Below are positions 44,189 to 52,960 of a stretch of DNA of 64,000 bases, in pieces (position 1 is the stretch's first letter; each line of letters begins with the position of its first letter). The position numbers and the translations under genes are program-made. This DNA is from Myxococcota bacterium. Its GTDB lineage: Bacteria; Myxococcota_A; UBA796; UBA2385. The stretch spans positions 31,889 to 95,888 of the forward strand of contig JBIJDH010000025.1 in assembly GCA_044344255.1 (NCBI GenBank), in the 5' to 3' direction. The notes below the pieces were generated by a model. The model did not search any database. It worked only from the letters and a program-made list of their open reading frames with translations, and was not told the origin of the DNA.

Positions 44189-47100
44189 TCAGCCAAAACG
44201 TGGAAGAGTGGTGACCGAACTGTGACCGGGCCCGAGCGGACCGGGGGCTTGGTAGGCGAGGCCGAGCTCGCTGGCCTCGTAGATGCGCTTGCCGTCGATC
44301 CACAAGGAGGCCCCCCCGCGCACCCAGCCGCGCTCGGCGTCACCGCCGAAGGTGAGGCCGGTCGCGGTGATCACCACGTCGCCGTCGCCGGGCCGCACCT
44401 GCCCCCGGTACCGCCACGAGAGGCTGCCGGGCACGAGCGAATAGCCGCCGGCCGGGGCACCGCAGAGGCCGAAGTGCAGGCGGTGGGCGGCCTCGAGGGC
44501 CTCGAGCATCGCCTCCACGCCGAGCGAGCCCGGCTGGACCGGGTCTTGGAAGAAGTGAGCCTTGAAGTACCAGGACAGTGGGTCAACGGCCTTCTCGGCT
44601 CGCAGCTCCCCCGCCTCGGGCCACCAGCCGGTCACCCGATCGAGCAGGCGGAGCCGGCCGTCGCGGCGGAGCGCCCCCTCGCCGACGGGCGCCGAGGCCG
44701 CGGAGAGGCGCGCGCGCTCGGCGGGAGGGCAGGGGAGGCCCGCCTGGTTGGCCAGGGCCGCGGCCGGGAAGAAGCCGAAGACCGTGCTCATCGAGCCCAC
44801 CGGGTGCGGGCCCACCCGGAGGCTGACCGTGAAGGCGACGAGGATCATCCCGGCGCTGCGGCTCAGCCGTTCGAGGCCGAGCTCGGCCGTGAGGGGGCCC
44901 TGGCCGGGGCGCAGCGTCCGGGAGGGCTCTCCGACGAGGGTGAGCTGCCCGTCGAGGTTTCGGAAGAAGAGCTCCTGCTCGGCGCCCAGGGTGCAGCCGA
45001 CGAAGGTGGCCAGCCAACCGCAGGGCTGGAGGGCCGCCTCGAGCAGGACGGCGAAGGGCATGGCCCCGGAGTCGTCGAGGTACCAGGCGCCTTGGGGTAT
45101 GTCGTACTCGGTGACCGCTCGGATCCCAGCCTGCATCGAGCCGAACTCCCCGTGGATCTCGGTGACGCGGCTGATGAAGTGGTAGGGCGGCCCGGGCAGG
45201 CGGGGCGCACGCTCCGGGCCGTCGAATCGGGCATAACCATGGCCGAAGGCCGCGGAGGGGCGGCCGATGGCGCTGGCGATCAGCGCGTCCTGGTCAAAGC
45301 GGTGGCCGTTCGGTAGGGTCGCGGCCCGCGGGTCGGGGGCGGTGAGGAGGAGCTCGGGCTGGGCGCCGAGCGGCCAGTCGGGCACGAGAGAGAGGCCGAA
45401 GCGCTTGGCGTGAAAGGCCTTGAGCCCGTCTACGGTGCAGAGCAGGTCGGCCCGCACGGTGGGCAGGGGGCCGCTGATGAGCTCCTCGATGAAGACCTCG
45501 TAGACGAGCCGCTTCGAGCTGGGGGTCACCTGTCCGCGACAGCGCATCGGCACGGTCTCGCCGGTCACCGGCTGGAAGCGCCAGCCGTCTCGCTCGACGG
45601 TGAAGCCGAGGGCCGCCAGCGTGAAGGAGAGGGCCTGGACAGAGCCCTCGAACATGAGCGTCCCCGGCATGCAGGGGTCGCCCTTGAAGTGACCGGCGAA
45701 GTACCAGTCGTCGGGATGGATCTCCGTCTCGGCGCGGAGGTAGCCTCGGCGCCAGGGCCCGCCCGTGGGCTCGAAGGCGGTCACGGCCTCGAGGAAGAGC
45801 ATCTGCCCGCCCTGGATGTTCGGCGTACGGACGTGGGCCTTACAGGGGGCCCAGGCCGGCCCGAAACACTCCCACGGCCGCCCCTCCGCGAAGGCCCGCA
45901 GGGCCTCGGGGCCGTAACGAGCGGGGGCGCCGGTGATCGCGGGCGGGTCGAGGCGGGCGTCCGGCGCGGCGACCGCGGTGGCGGGGTCCCAGAGGATGCC
46001 GGCGGAGGCCGCGAGCTCCTCGGTGGTGAAGAAGCCGGCCTGTCCACCGCGCACCCGGATGCGGGGGACACCGTTCACGGTGCAGTCGTAGTGAAAGAAG
46101 AACAGTCGCACGTCGCCCTGCCGCGCGTGCCCATCGACATGGATCTCGTAGCGGAGCGTCTCTCCGGGGGAGGGGAGGTCTCCGAGGATCGTCATATCGC
46201 AGCCGAGCAGGCGATAGACCCGCTCCCCTCTATTTAGCAGATCGCAGCCGAGGTAGGAGATGAGCAGCAGGTCAGCCTGCCCGGACTCGATGAGGATGCC
46301 GGTGGGCATGCGGCCTTGGTGGAGGTACCAGGAGTCTGCGCGCACGTCCGTCTCTGTCCAGACCACCCCGCGGCCCATCGAGGCCGGCTCGGCGACGAGA
46401 TCGGTGACCCGATCGGCGAGAAGGAGGGGAGGCTCGGGCATCCGGCACTGGCGAGGGTAAGCGTCCTGCTCGGCGAAGCGGGGGCCGAAGACGGTGGAGA
46501 TCTGCCCCCCTGCGTGCACCGCGAGGGCGGCGCGGTCCATCGTGAAGGCCGCCCCGCGCTCTCCCGTCGGGGCCACCGGCGGAGGGACCGGCAGCGCCGC
46601 AGGGGCCTGCTCCTCCGCGACGCCCATCGCGGCCAGGAGCCGCGCCTGGCCCCGGGCCTGCTGCTCGAGGAACTGGCGGTGGAGCGCCGACTGACCGCTC
46701 AGGTAGTCGAGGTGCACGCGGTGCACCCGCTCGAGCATCTCCACCGCACCGGCGAGGAGGGGCGCGACCGGGGCGGCCTCCGGTTCGGCGAAGGTCGGCG
46801 CTTGCGCGGCGGGGGCGGCCTCCGGCTCGGCGAGGTCGACTCCCTCCAGGAGGGGAGGGAGGCGGGGCGCGGGGGGCATCGCCGCCGCTCCCGTGGGGGG
46901 AGGAGCCCAGGCGGGGAGGGGCCGCTCGGCGGGCTCGGCCGCGGTCGGGGCCGGGTAGCGCGGGGCGGTCGGGTGGGCGGGGTAGGCGCGGGTGGGGCCG
47001 GGCAAAACGGCGGGCCGGGGGCTGAGCAGCGTGAGGAGCCGCTCCCACGACACCTCGACCCCGGCGGCGAGCAGCGCCCCGGCGGCCTCGACGAGGGCCT

Positions 47101-50100
47101 CGACAGGGTGGGCCTTGCGGTCGAGGCTGAGGGCGAGGTGGGGCTGGTCGCCGAGCAGCTCGTCGATCCACCGGCTGCAGGAGCCGCCCGGGCCGAGCTC
47201 GACGAAGACGCGGACCCCGTCCTGCCAGGCCTGGCGCATCGAGGCCCGCAGGTCGACCGGGCCCGTGGCCTGGGCCCAGAGCTGCTCGATGGCGTCGAGG
47301 CTGTGCGGATCGTAGGGAGCGGGGCGGGCGCCGCCGTAGACCCGGGGGCCGACCGCCTGGGGTTCGGCCTCGGCGGCCCAGGCGTGGACCCGACGCCAGT
47401 CGGCCTCAGCGCCCTTCGCCTCACCGACATGCGCCACGACGGGGTAGTCGAGGTTGTTGCAGCGGCTGCGGTCGAAGCGCGCCGCCACGCGGCGGAGGGC
47501 TGCGGCCTCCCCGGCCACGACCACGTCCTGGTCAGTGTTGTAGACGGTGATGCGGGCGCGAGCCCCCTCGGGTGCGAGCGCGGCCTCCACTTCGGCCACC
47601 GGGGCCCGGAGGTTCCAGACCGCCCAGTCCACCGAGGAGAGGCCCCAGGCCTCGGCCACCGCTCGACAGGCGCCGCCGAGCTGCTCGGTGAACAGGTGGG
47701 ACCGCTCCGCCGCCGCGAGGCTCGGCCCCCAGTCGGCGGGCTGGCGGGCACAGATCAAGGCCGCGGTCTCGCCCGAGGAGTAGCCGAGCAGGGCGTCCGG
47801 CTCGAGGCCGAGGGCGCGCTGGGCGAGCGCGGTCCACATCGCCGAGAGCGCGAGGCTGCCGGTGAGCTTCTGGCGGGTGTCGAGCCCGTCCAGGCCCCAG
47901 CCCTCGGCGAGGACCGCGGCCCACGGCGCCTCGCCGCTCGCCCCGGAGAGCTCGGCGAGGGCAGGGGCGTCTTGCAGCAGGGCTCGGCCCATGTTCGGGT
48001 AGGCGGCGGCGGCCCCGGAGTAGACGAAGGCGAGCGAGCCGCCGAGGGGGGAGGCCGAGACCGACACGCCGGGCCCCCCCGGCCGCCCGAGGGGCAGGGC
48101 TTGACGGGCGTGCGCGAGGCGGCGCGCGAAGCTGGGGCCATCGGCCGCGGCGATCACGATCCGGGCGGGGCCCTCGCCGCCGGGGGGGCCGGCGAGGCGC
48201 TCGATGGCCTGCTCGACGGTGTCCCCGGCCCAGCGCCCCAGGATGGGGGCGGGGCGGGTGCCGTGGACGGCGCCGGGCAGGGCGCGGAGGCTCACCCGGC
48301 CGGGGCGGGCGTCTGTGGGCGGCGCGTCCACCCCGGCCCGTCGCTCCAGCCCGAGGGGCCAGGGCGCCCCGCCCGGAAGGCGGCGGTGGTGCAAGCAGAG
48401 GGCGGCGCTGGCCACGTCGAAGAGTGCGGCGGCGGCGTGCGGCCGGCCGAGGCGGGAGGCGGTGTGGAGGGTCACCTCCCCGGCGGGGGAGGCCTCCTCC
48501 GGCCCTGCGAGGCGGAGGGCGGCGTAAGGAGCGGCGAGGGCGGGATCGTCGCGGCGGCGGAGCAGGAGGGCCACCGCGCCGTCCGAGGCCTCCGACGAAG
48601 GCAGGCCCATGGCCTCGAGGGCGAGCTTGTGGAGCGGCTCGTCGGAGAGGTCGACCGCGGCGACGAGGGCGGCGTCGATCTCCCCCGCCTCGAGCGCGCG
48701 GAGGGCCAGCTCCAGGGCCCGCAGCCCGGAGCCCTCCTCGGCGGAGACCGTGAAGCTGGGGCCGGCGAGGTCGTGCTGGAAGGAGAGGCGGTTCGCCACG
48801 AGGTTCGGCATCGTGCCGAGCACCCCAGCGGCGGGCAGCGGCGGGGCGAAGCTGTCCTGGGCCTGCTGGATGGCCTCGGGCTCGGCCCCCCAGGCGCGGG
48901 CGAGCGAGGGGAGGCGCCAGCGGGCCCCCCAGCGGGCGACCTCGGGATCGGCCCCCATGCCCACATAGACGCCGGTGCGCTCGCGGGGGAGCCGACCCAC
49001 TTCGGCGAGGGCCTCGGCGCCAGCCGCCAAGACGAGGGTGTGCTGGGCGAGGGCGAGCTCGAGGTCGCGCGGGGGGAAGCGTGTGTCGTGGAGGGGGAGG
49101 GCGACCGTGCGGAGCCCGGGGAGGGGGCCGGGCGAGGCCGCGAAGAGCCGCTCGGTGAGGGCGGCGCGGTCGGCCCCGAAGCTGCCCGCGGCGCCCAGAC
49201 CGACGACGCAGGCCTCGGCCCGCGCCGCCCCGCCTCGGCCCTCGCCGCCTCGCCCCGCGTGCTCGGGGGTGGGGCCTTCGGACCGGTCGCCCGACAGGCC
49301 AGGGGCCTCGAGGAGGAGGTGGGCGTTGTTGCCCCCGAAGCCGAAGGCCGAGATCGCGGCGCGCCGGGGGCCATCCCAGGCCTCGGCGGCGTGGAGGAGG
49401 CGGAAGGGGCCGTCGGCGAGGGCGGGGTTCGGGGCCTCGGCGTGCAGCGTCGGGGGGCGGATCCCGGCCCGCAGGGCCTCCGTGACCTTGATCACCGCGG
49501 CGATGCCGGCGACCGTCACGAGGTGGCCAAGGTTCCCCTTGAGCGAGCCGATCGGCACGTCGTGGAGCCCGGCGTAGAGGCTGCCCATGCTCCGGAGCTC
49601 GGTGCCGTCCCCCACGGGGGTGCCGGTGGCGTGGCACTCGACCAGCCCGATGTCGGCCGGGCTGAGCCCCGCCGCCGCGTAGGCCGCCTGGAGCGCGCGC
49701 CGCTGGCCCTCCTCGGAGGGGGAGAGCATCCCGCCGCCGCGCCCGTCGTTGGAGAGGCCCACCCCGCGGATGACCGCGTGGATGCGGTCCCCGTCGCGGA
49801 GCGCGTCGGCCTCGCGCTTGAGCACGAGCGCCGCGCAGCCCTCGGCCGGCACGAGCCCGTCGGCCTCCTTGTGGAAGGGGCGGCTCCGGCCGCTGCGGGA
49901 GAGGGCCTGGAGGGCCGCGAAGCCCATGTGGATGAAGAGGTCGTCGGCGCGGTTGACCGCCGCGGCGATCATCACGTCGGCTTCGTGGTCTTGGAGGCGC
50001 TCGGCCGCGAGCTTGATCGCGTAGAGCCCGCTCGCGCAGGCGGCGTCGATCGCGGTGCCGCCCTGGCCGAGGCCGAGGGCCTGCGCGGCGAGGCGGGCGG

Positions 50101-50629
50101 GCAGGCCGGACATGAAGCGGTTGCGGCGGTCGACCGGCGTGAGGCCAGCCCGGCGGAGCTCGACCTCGGGCAGGCCGGCCGCGCGGAGCCACTCCCACTC
50201 GGCCATCCGTGCCATCCCGGTGGTCGGGAAGGACAGGTTGCCGAGCACGAGGCCGGTCCGCGGCCCACCCGGGGTGCCCGCGTCCTCGAGCGCCTGACGA
50301 GAGACCTGGAGCACCCAGTGGAACAGAGGGTCGAGCCCGTCGAAGGTCTCGGCGGGCAGCGCGTAGCCGTGGGCTTCGAAGGCGAAGTCGGTGACGTAGC
50401 CGCCCCGATCGCTCCAGGTGTGATCGGGGCTCGGCTTGGTCGAGAGCACCTGGGCGCGGGGCAGCCCCCAGCGGCCCGCAGGCGCCCGCCCGAGGAGATC
50501 TTCGCCCGCCACCACCGCGCGCCAGAGCGCCTCGGGGCTCGCGGCCCCGGGTAGCAGGCAGGCCTGTCCGACGATGGCGATGGGCGCGAAGGGGCGCGCG
50601 AGCGGGAGGGGGTCAGCGGGGCGGAGCAT
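44189..50629 (-). CDS. pfaC: PUFA-synthase-type polyketide/fatty-acid megasynthase subunit, PfaC/Pfa3-like (KS-CLF-AT-DH'-DH-DH'-DH)
   Basis: Start at ATG 50629 (MLRPADPLPLARPFAPIAIVGQ) in track ORF 44189..50911; 2146 aa. KS: IDAACASG (Cys198), ECHATGT, KGNLGH. CLF: FTVSAEEGSG (no Cys). AT: LLGYSSGE (Ser951). Two FabA-type DH: DWYFAGHFKGDPCMPG and SWYFKAHFFQDPVQPG, each preceded by a hotdog pseudo-domain. Confidence 0.9.
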   Translation of the reverse strand: MLRPADPLPLARPFAPIAIVGQACLLPGAASPEALWRAVVAGEDLLGRAPAGRWGLPRAQVLSTKPSPDHTWSDRGGYVTDFAFEAHGYALPAETFDGLDPLFHWVLQVSRQALEDAGTPGGPRTGLVLGNLSFPTTGMARMAEWEWLRAAGLPEVELRRAGLTPVDRRNRFMSGLPARLAAQALGLGQGGTAIDAACASGLYAIKLAAERLQDHEADVMIAAAVNRADDLFIHMGFAALQALSRSGRSRPFHKEADGLVPAEGCAALVLKREADALRDGDRIHAVIRGVGLSNDGRGGGMLSPSEEGQRRALQAAYAAAGLSPADIGLVECHATGTPVGDGTELRSMGSLYAGLHDVPIGSLKGNLGHLVTVAGIAAVIKVTEALRAGIRPPTLHAEAPNPALADGPFRLLHAAEAWDGPRRAAISAFGFGGNNAHLLLEAPGLSGDRSEGPTPEHAGRGGEGRGGAARAEACVVGLGAAGSFGADRAALTERLFAASPGPLPGLRTVALPLHDTRFPPRDLELALAQHTLVLAAGAEALAEVGRLPRERTGVYVGMGADPEVARWGARWRLPSLARAWGAEPEAIQQAQDSFAPPLPAAGVLGTMPNLVANRLSFQHDLAGPSFTVSAEEGSGLRALELALRALEAGEIDAALVAAVDLSDEPLHKLALEAMGLPSSEASDGAVALLLRRRDDPALAAPYAALRLAGPEEASPAGEVTLHTASRLGRPHAAAALFDVASAALCLHHRRLPGGAPWPLGLERRAGVDAPPTDARPGRVSLRALPGAVHGTRPAPILGRWAGDTVEQAIERLAGPPGGEGPARIVIAAADGPSFARRLAHARQALPLGRPGGPGVSVSASPLGGSLAFVYSGAAAAYPNMGRALLQDAPALAELSGASGEAPWAAVLAEGWGLDGLDTRQKLTGSLALSAMWTALAQRALGLEPDALLGYSSGETAALICARQPADWGPSLAAAERSHLFTEQLGGACRAVAEAWGLSSVDWAVWNLRAPVAEVEAALAPEGARARITVYNTDQDVVVAGEAAALRRVAARFDRSRCNNLDYPVVAHVGEAKGAEADWRRVHAWAAEAEPQAVGPRVYGGARPAPYDPHSLDAIEQLWAQATGPVDLRASMRQAWQDGVRVFVELGPGGSCSRWIDELLGDQPHLALSLDRKAHPVEALVEAAGALLAAGVEVSWERLLTLLSPRPAVLPGPTRAYPAHPTAPRYPAPTAAEPAERPLPAWAPPPTGAAAMPPAPRLPPLLEGVDLAEPEAAPAAQAPTFAEPEAAPVAPLLAGAVEMLERVHRVHLDYLSGQSALHRQFLEQQARGQARLLAAMGVAEEQAPAALPVPPPVAPTGERGAAFTMDRAALAVHAGGQISTVFGPRFAEQDAYPRQCRMPEPPLLLADRVTDLVAEPASMGRGVVWTETDVRADSWYLHQGRMPTGILIESGQADLLLISYLGCDLLNRGERVYRLLGCDMTILGDLPSPGETLRYEIHVDGHARQGDVRLFFFHYDCTVNGVPRIRVRGGQAGFFTTEELAASAGILWDPATAVAAPDARLDPPAITGAPARYGPEALRAFAEGRPWECFGPAWAPCKAHVRTPNIQGGQMLFLEAVTAFEPTGGPWRRGYLRAETEIHPDDWYFAGHFKGDPCMPGTLMFEGSVQALSFTLAALGFTVERDGWRFQPVTGETVPMRCRGQVTPSSKRLVYEVFIEELISGPLPTVRADLLCTVDGLKAFHAKRFGLSLVPDWPLGAQPELLLTAPDPRAATLPNGHRFDQDALIASAIGRPSAAFGHGYARFDGPERAPRLPGPPYHFISRVTEIHGEFGSMQAGIRAVTEYDIPQGAWYLDDSGAMPFAVLLEAALQPCGWLATFVGCTLGAEQELFFRNLDGQLTLVGEPSRTLRPGQGPLTAELGLERLSRSAGMILVAFTVSLRVGPHPVGSMSTVFGFFPAAALANQAGLPCPPAERARLSAASAPVGEGALRRDGRLRLLDRVTGWWPEAGELRAEKAVDPLSWYFKAHFFQDPVQPGSLGVEAMLEALEAAHRLHFGLCGAPAGGYSLVPGSLSWRYRGQVRPGDGDVVITATGLTFGGDAERGWVRGGASLWIDGKRIYEASELGLAYQAPGPLGPGHSSVTTLPRFG

Positions 50630-50657
50630 GGGCCGCCGCCTATCCCGAGCCGGCCGG

Positions 50658-50712
50658 GGTCGTCTCGGCCGGAGGTCTCGGCCGGAGGTCTCGGCAGAAG
50701 GTCTCGGCGGGG
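50658..50712. repeat. 13-bp tandem repeat x4 (GGTCTCGGCnGrr) in the divergent intergenic region upstream of the PfaC-like gene
   Basis: ggtcgtctcggccgga (50658-50673, with a 3-nt insertion), ggtctcggccgga (50674-50686), ggtctcggcagaa (50687-50699), ggtctcggcgggg (50700-50712). Lies between ATG 50629 (minus) and GTG 50775 (plus). Confidence 0.8.
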
Positions 50713-50774
50713 GAGGGCAGCGCCGGGCCGCCGCGGGCGCTACGCTGTCACCGAGGTGCCGGTTGCCCCGCCTG

Positions 50775-52355
50775 GTGATCGAGTCGTCGTCCTGTGGCCC
50801 CGGTCTCGGCGCCCCGCTCACCCGCTGGGCTCGCCTCGGCGGCGCCCTCGCCGTGGGGCTCGTGGGCTGCGGCGAGGCAGGCCCCGACTGTGTGCTCCCC
50901 GCATCGACCACCGCCGACGACAGCGCGGAGGGCGAGGGCGCTGAAGACGGCTGGATCTCCGCTGGCCCGGTCTCTCCCTGCGCCGATCCCGCGCCGACCG
51001 CCGCTTACGCCGACCGCGCGGCCGAGTGGGGGCTCGTCGGCACCGTCGATCCCGACACCCTCCACCTCGACGGCGGCGGGGCCGCCGTGGCCGACTTCGA
51101 CGGCGACGGCGCTGTTGACCTCGTGCTCGCCAACCGCGACCGCGACCCGCTGCTCCTCCGATGGACCGGCGCCGGCTTCGCCGCCGAGCCGCTCGCCGGG
51201 GGCGCGAACGGCACCTCCACCGCGGCGATGCCCCTCGACGGGGATGGCGACGGCGACCTCGACCTCGTGGTGACCGCCACCGCCGAGCTGCTCTGGTACC
51301 AGAACGAGGGGGGCACCCTCGTGCTCGATCCGGGTCGAGTGAGCGGCCTGCCCCCCGACGCCTTGCCCGGCCTCGCCCCCGCCGATCCAGACGGCGACGG
51401 CGACGTCGACCTCCTGGTCGCGGTGTATCAGGCGACCAGCACCCTCCGCGGAGATCGCCTCCTCGTCAACGACGGCGAGGGCCGCTACACCGCCGCCGAG
51501 CTCTTTGCCGGTGGTGAGGGCGGGGCCACCTTCCAGCCCCTCTGGCTCGACGCCGACGGAGACGGCGACAGCGACGCCTACTTCGTCAATGACCGCGGCC
51601 CGACCTCCGGTGGCAACGCCCTGTTCCACAACGAGGGGGGCGCCTTCGTCGACCGCAGCGTCGGCTGCGGCTGTGCGCCGACGGTGGGCGGCATGGGGGG
51701 CGACGTGGGGGACGTCAACGGGGACGGCGCGGTCGACCTCTTCCTCGCCAACTCGGACGCCTGCGCCCTGCTCCTCAACATGGGGGAGGGGACCTTCTTC
51801 GACGCCGCCGTCGCCCGCGGCGCTGCCCAGTCGGTCACCCCCGGCGACCCCGACATGGTCTGGGGCGCCGCGCTCTTCGATCGCGACAATGACGGTGACC
51901 TCGACCTCTTCGCCGCCCACGGAGACCTCTACGACCCCGCCGACCCCGCCTCCACCCTCATCGACGTGCCCGACGCCCTCCTCGATCAAGGACAGGACGG
52001 CACCTTCCACGACGTCGCCCCCGCCCTCGGCCTCGACGCCCTCGACTCGAGCCGCGCCGTCGTGCCCTGGGACTGGAACGAAGATGGTCTGCTCGACCTG
52101 CTGGTCACCGGCATCCACACCGACCCTCACCTCTGGGTGAGCGAGGCCTGCACGGCCAACGCCTGGGTCGAGCTCGACCTCGTGGGGCGGCGGTCGAACC
52201 GCTACGGTCTCGGCGCGAAGGTGGAGCTCACCGCGGGGGGCCGCACCCTCACCGCCTGGTCGCGCGCCTCGGCCGGCGTCTTCGCCGGCCGCGACCCGCG
52301 CATCCACCTCGGCCTCGGCGACGCGACGCGCATCGAGCACCTCCGCGTCACCTAG
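50775..52355 (+). CDS. FG-GAP/VCBS repeat + ASPIC/UnbV (CRTAC1-like) lipoprotein
   Basis: 3' part of track ORF 50436..52355. There is no in-frame ATG; I chose GTG 50775 (TTG 50763 also possible). Lipobox LAVGLVGC. Repeats: ADFDGDGAVDLVLAN, PLDGDGDGDLDLVV, ADPDGDGDVDLLV, LDADGDGDSDAYF, GDVNGDGAVDLFLAN, FDRDNDGDLDLF. C-terminal RRSNRYGLGAKVELTAGGRTL...GLGDA is the ASPIC/UnbV motif. Confidence 0.8.
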   Translation: MIESSSCGPGLGAPLTRWARLGGALAVGLVGCGEAGPDCVLPASTTADDSAEGEGAEDGWISAGPVSPCADPAPTAAYADRAAEWGLVGTVDPDTLHLDGGGAAVADFDGDGAVDLVLANRDRDPLLLRWTGAGFAAEPLAGGANGTSTAAMPLDGDGDGDLDLVVTATAELLWYQNEGGTLVLDPGRVSGLPPDALPGLAPADPDGDGDVDLLVAVYQATSTLRGDRLLVNDGEGRYTAAELFAGGEGGATFQPLWLDADGDGDSDAYFVNDRGPTSGGNALFHNEGGAFVDRSVGCGCAPTVGGMGGDVGDVNGDGAVDLFLANSDACALLLNMGEGTFFDAAVARGAAQSVTPGDPDMVWGAALFDRDNDGDLDLFAAHGDLYDPADPASTLIDVPDALLDQGQDGTFHDVAPALGLDALDSSRAVVPWDWNEDGLLDLLVTGIHTDPHLWVSEACTANAWVELDLVGRRSNRYGLGAKVELTAGGRTLTAWSRASAGVFAGRDPRIHLGLGDATRIEHLRVT

Positions 52356-52434
52356 CCCTCGGGGCGGGTCACGGAGGCGGAGCTCGACATGGAGCCGCGG
52401 CGAAGGCTGATCCTCACTGAGCCCGATTGAGTCC

Positions 52435-52480
52435 GAGGTCCACTATGCCCCCCCCTATTTTCCGCACGCCCTCCACCATG
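52435..52480 (+). repeat. copy A of a ~47-bp dispersed direct repeat at a small-gene 5' end
   Basis: gaggtccactatgcccccccctattttccgcacgccctccaccatg. About 89% identical to 53323-53369 (4 substitutions and 1 indel). Contains the only TATTTT-type AT patch in the neighbourhood. Confidence 0.8.
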
Positions 52481-52930
52481 CGCCCCCTCCCACTTCCCAT
52501 CGTGCTGCTCGCTCTTGTGTCGTGCGGACAACCGGCGCGGCGGGACAAGACCCCCGATGGGGAGAACCCGCCGGACCACTCGGCTGCGGGGAGCGACGGC
52601 TCGGCCGATGTTGGCGACACCGGCGACACCGGAGCGGGCGAGGCCGAGGACACGAGCGGGATCGACAGCTGCGACTGGCCGGATATCGGTATCTGCTTCG
52701 AATTCGTGGACTATGACGACACGGAGGGCTGGTGTGAGGCGATCGGCGCGATGTATGGGGTTTCGGTGCGGTATCTTCCTGACCCCTGCGCCACGGACTG
52801 GGTCGGCGCCTGTGCCCTGCCGGCGGAGGGTGACTTGCCGGTCGAGTCTATCGCCTATTATTACCCTCCTGGCTTCGATCCGGCGAGCGCAGAGGCGACC
52901 TGTATGAGCGCCGGGGGTGCGCCGATCTGA
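52478..52930 (+). CDS. small Cys-rich lipoprotein
   Basis: Start at ATG 52478 (MRPLPLPIVLLALVSCG) in track ORF 52427..52930. Acidic linker, then 6 Cys (CDWPDIGICFEF...WCEA...PCATDWVGACAL...TCMS). Confidence 0.6.
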   Translation: MRPLPLPIVLLALVSCGQPARRDKTPDGENPPDHSAAGSDGSADVGDTGDTGAGEAEDTSGIDSCDWPDIGICFEFVDYDDTEGWCEAIGAMYGVSVRYLPDPCATDWVGACALPAEGDLPVESIAYYYPPGFDPASAEATCMSAGGAPI

Positions 52931-52960
52931 TTTGCCCGGTGCCTGCGTGAAGGGGCAGCC

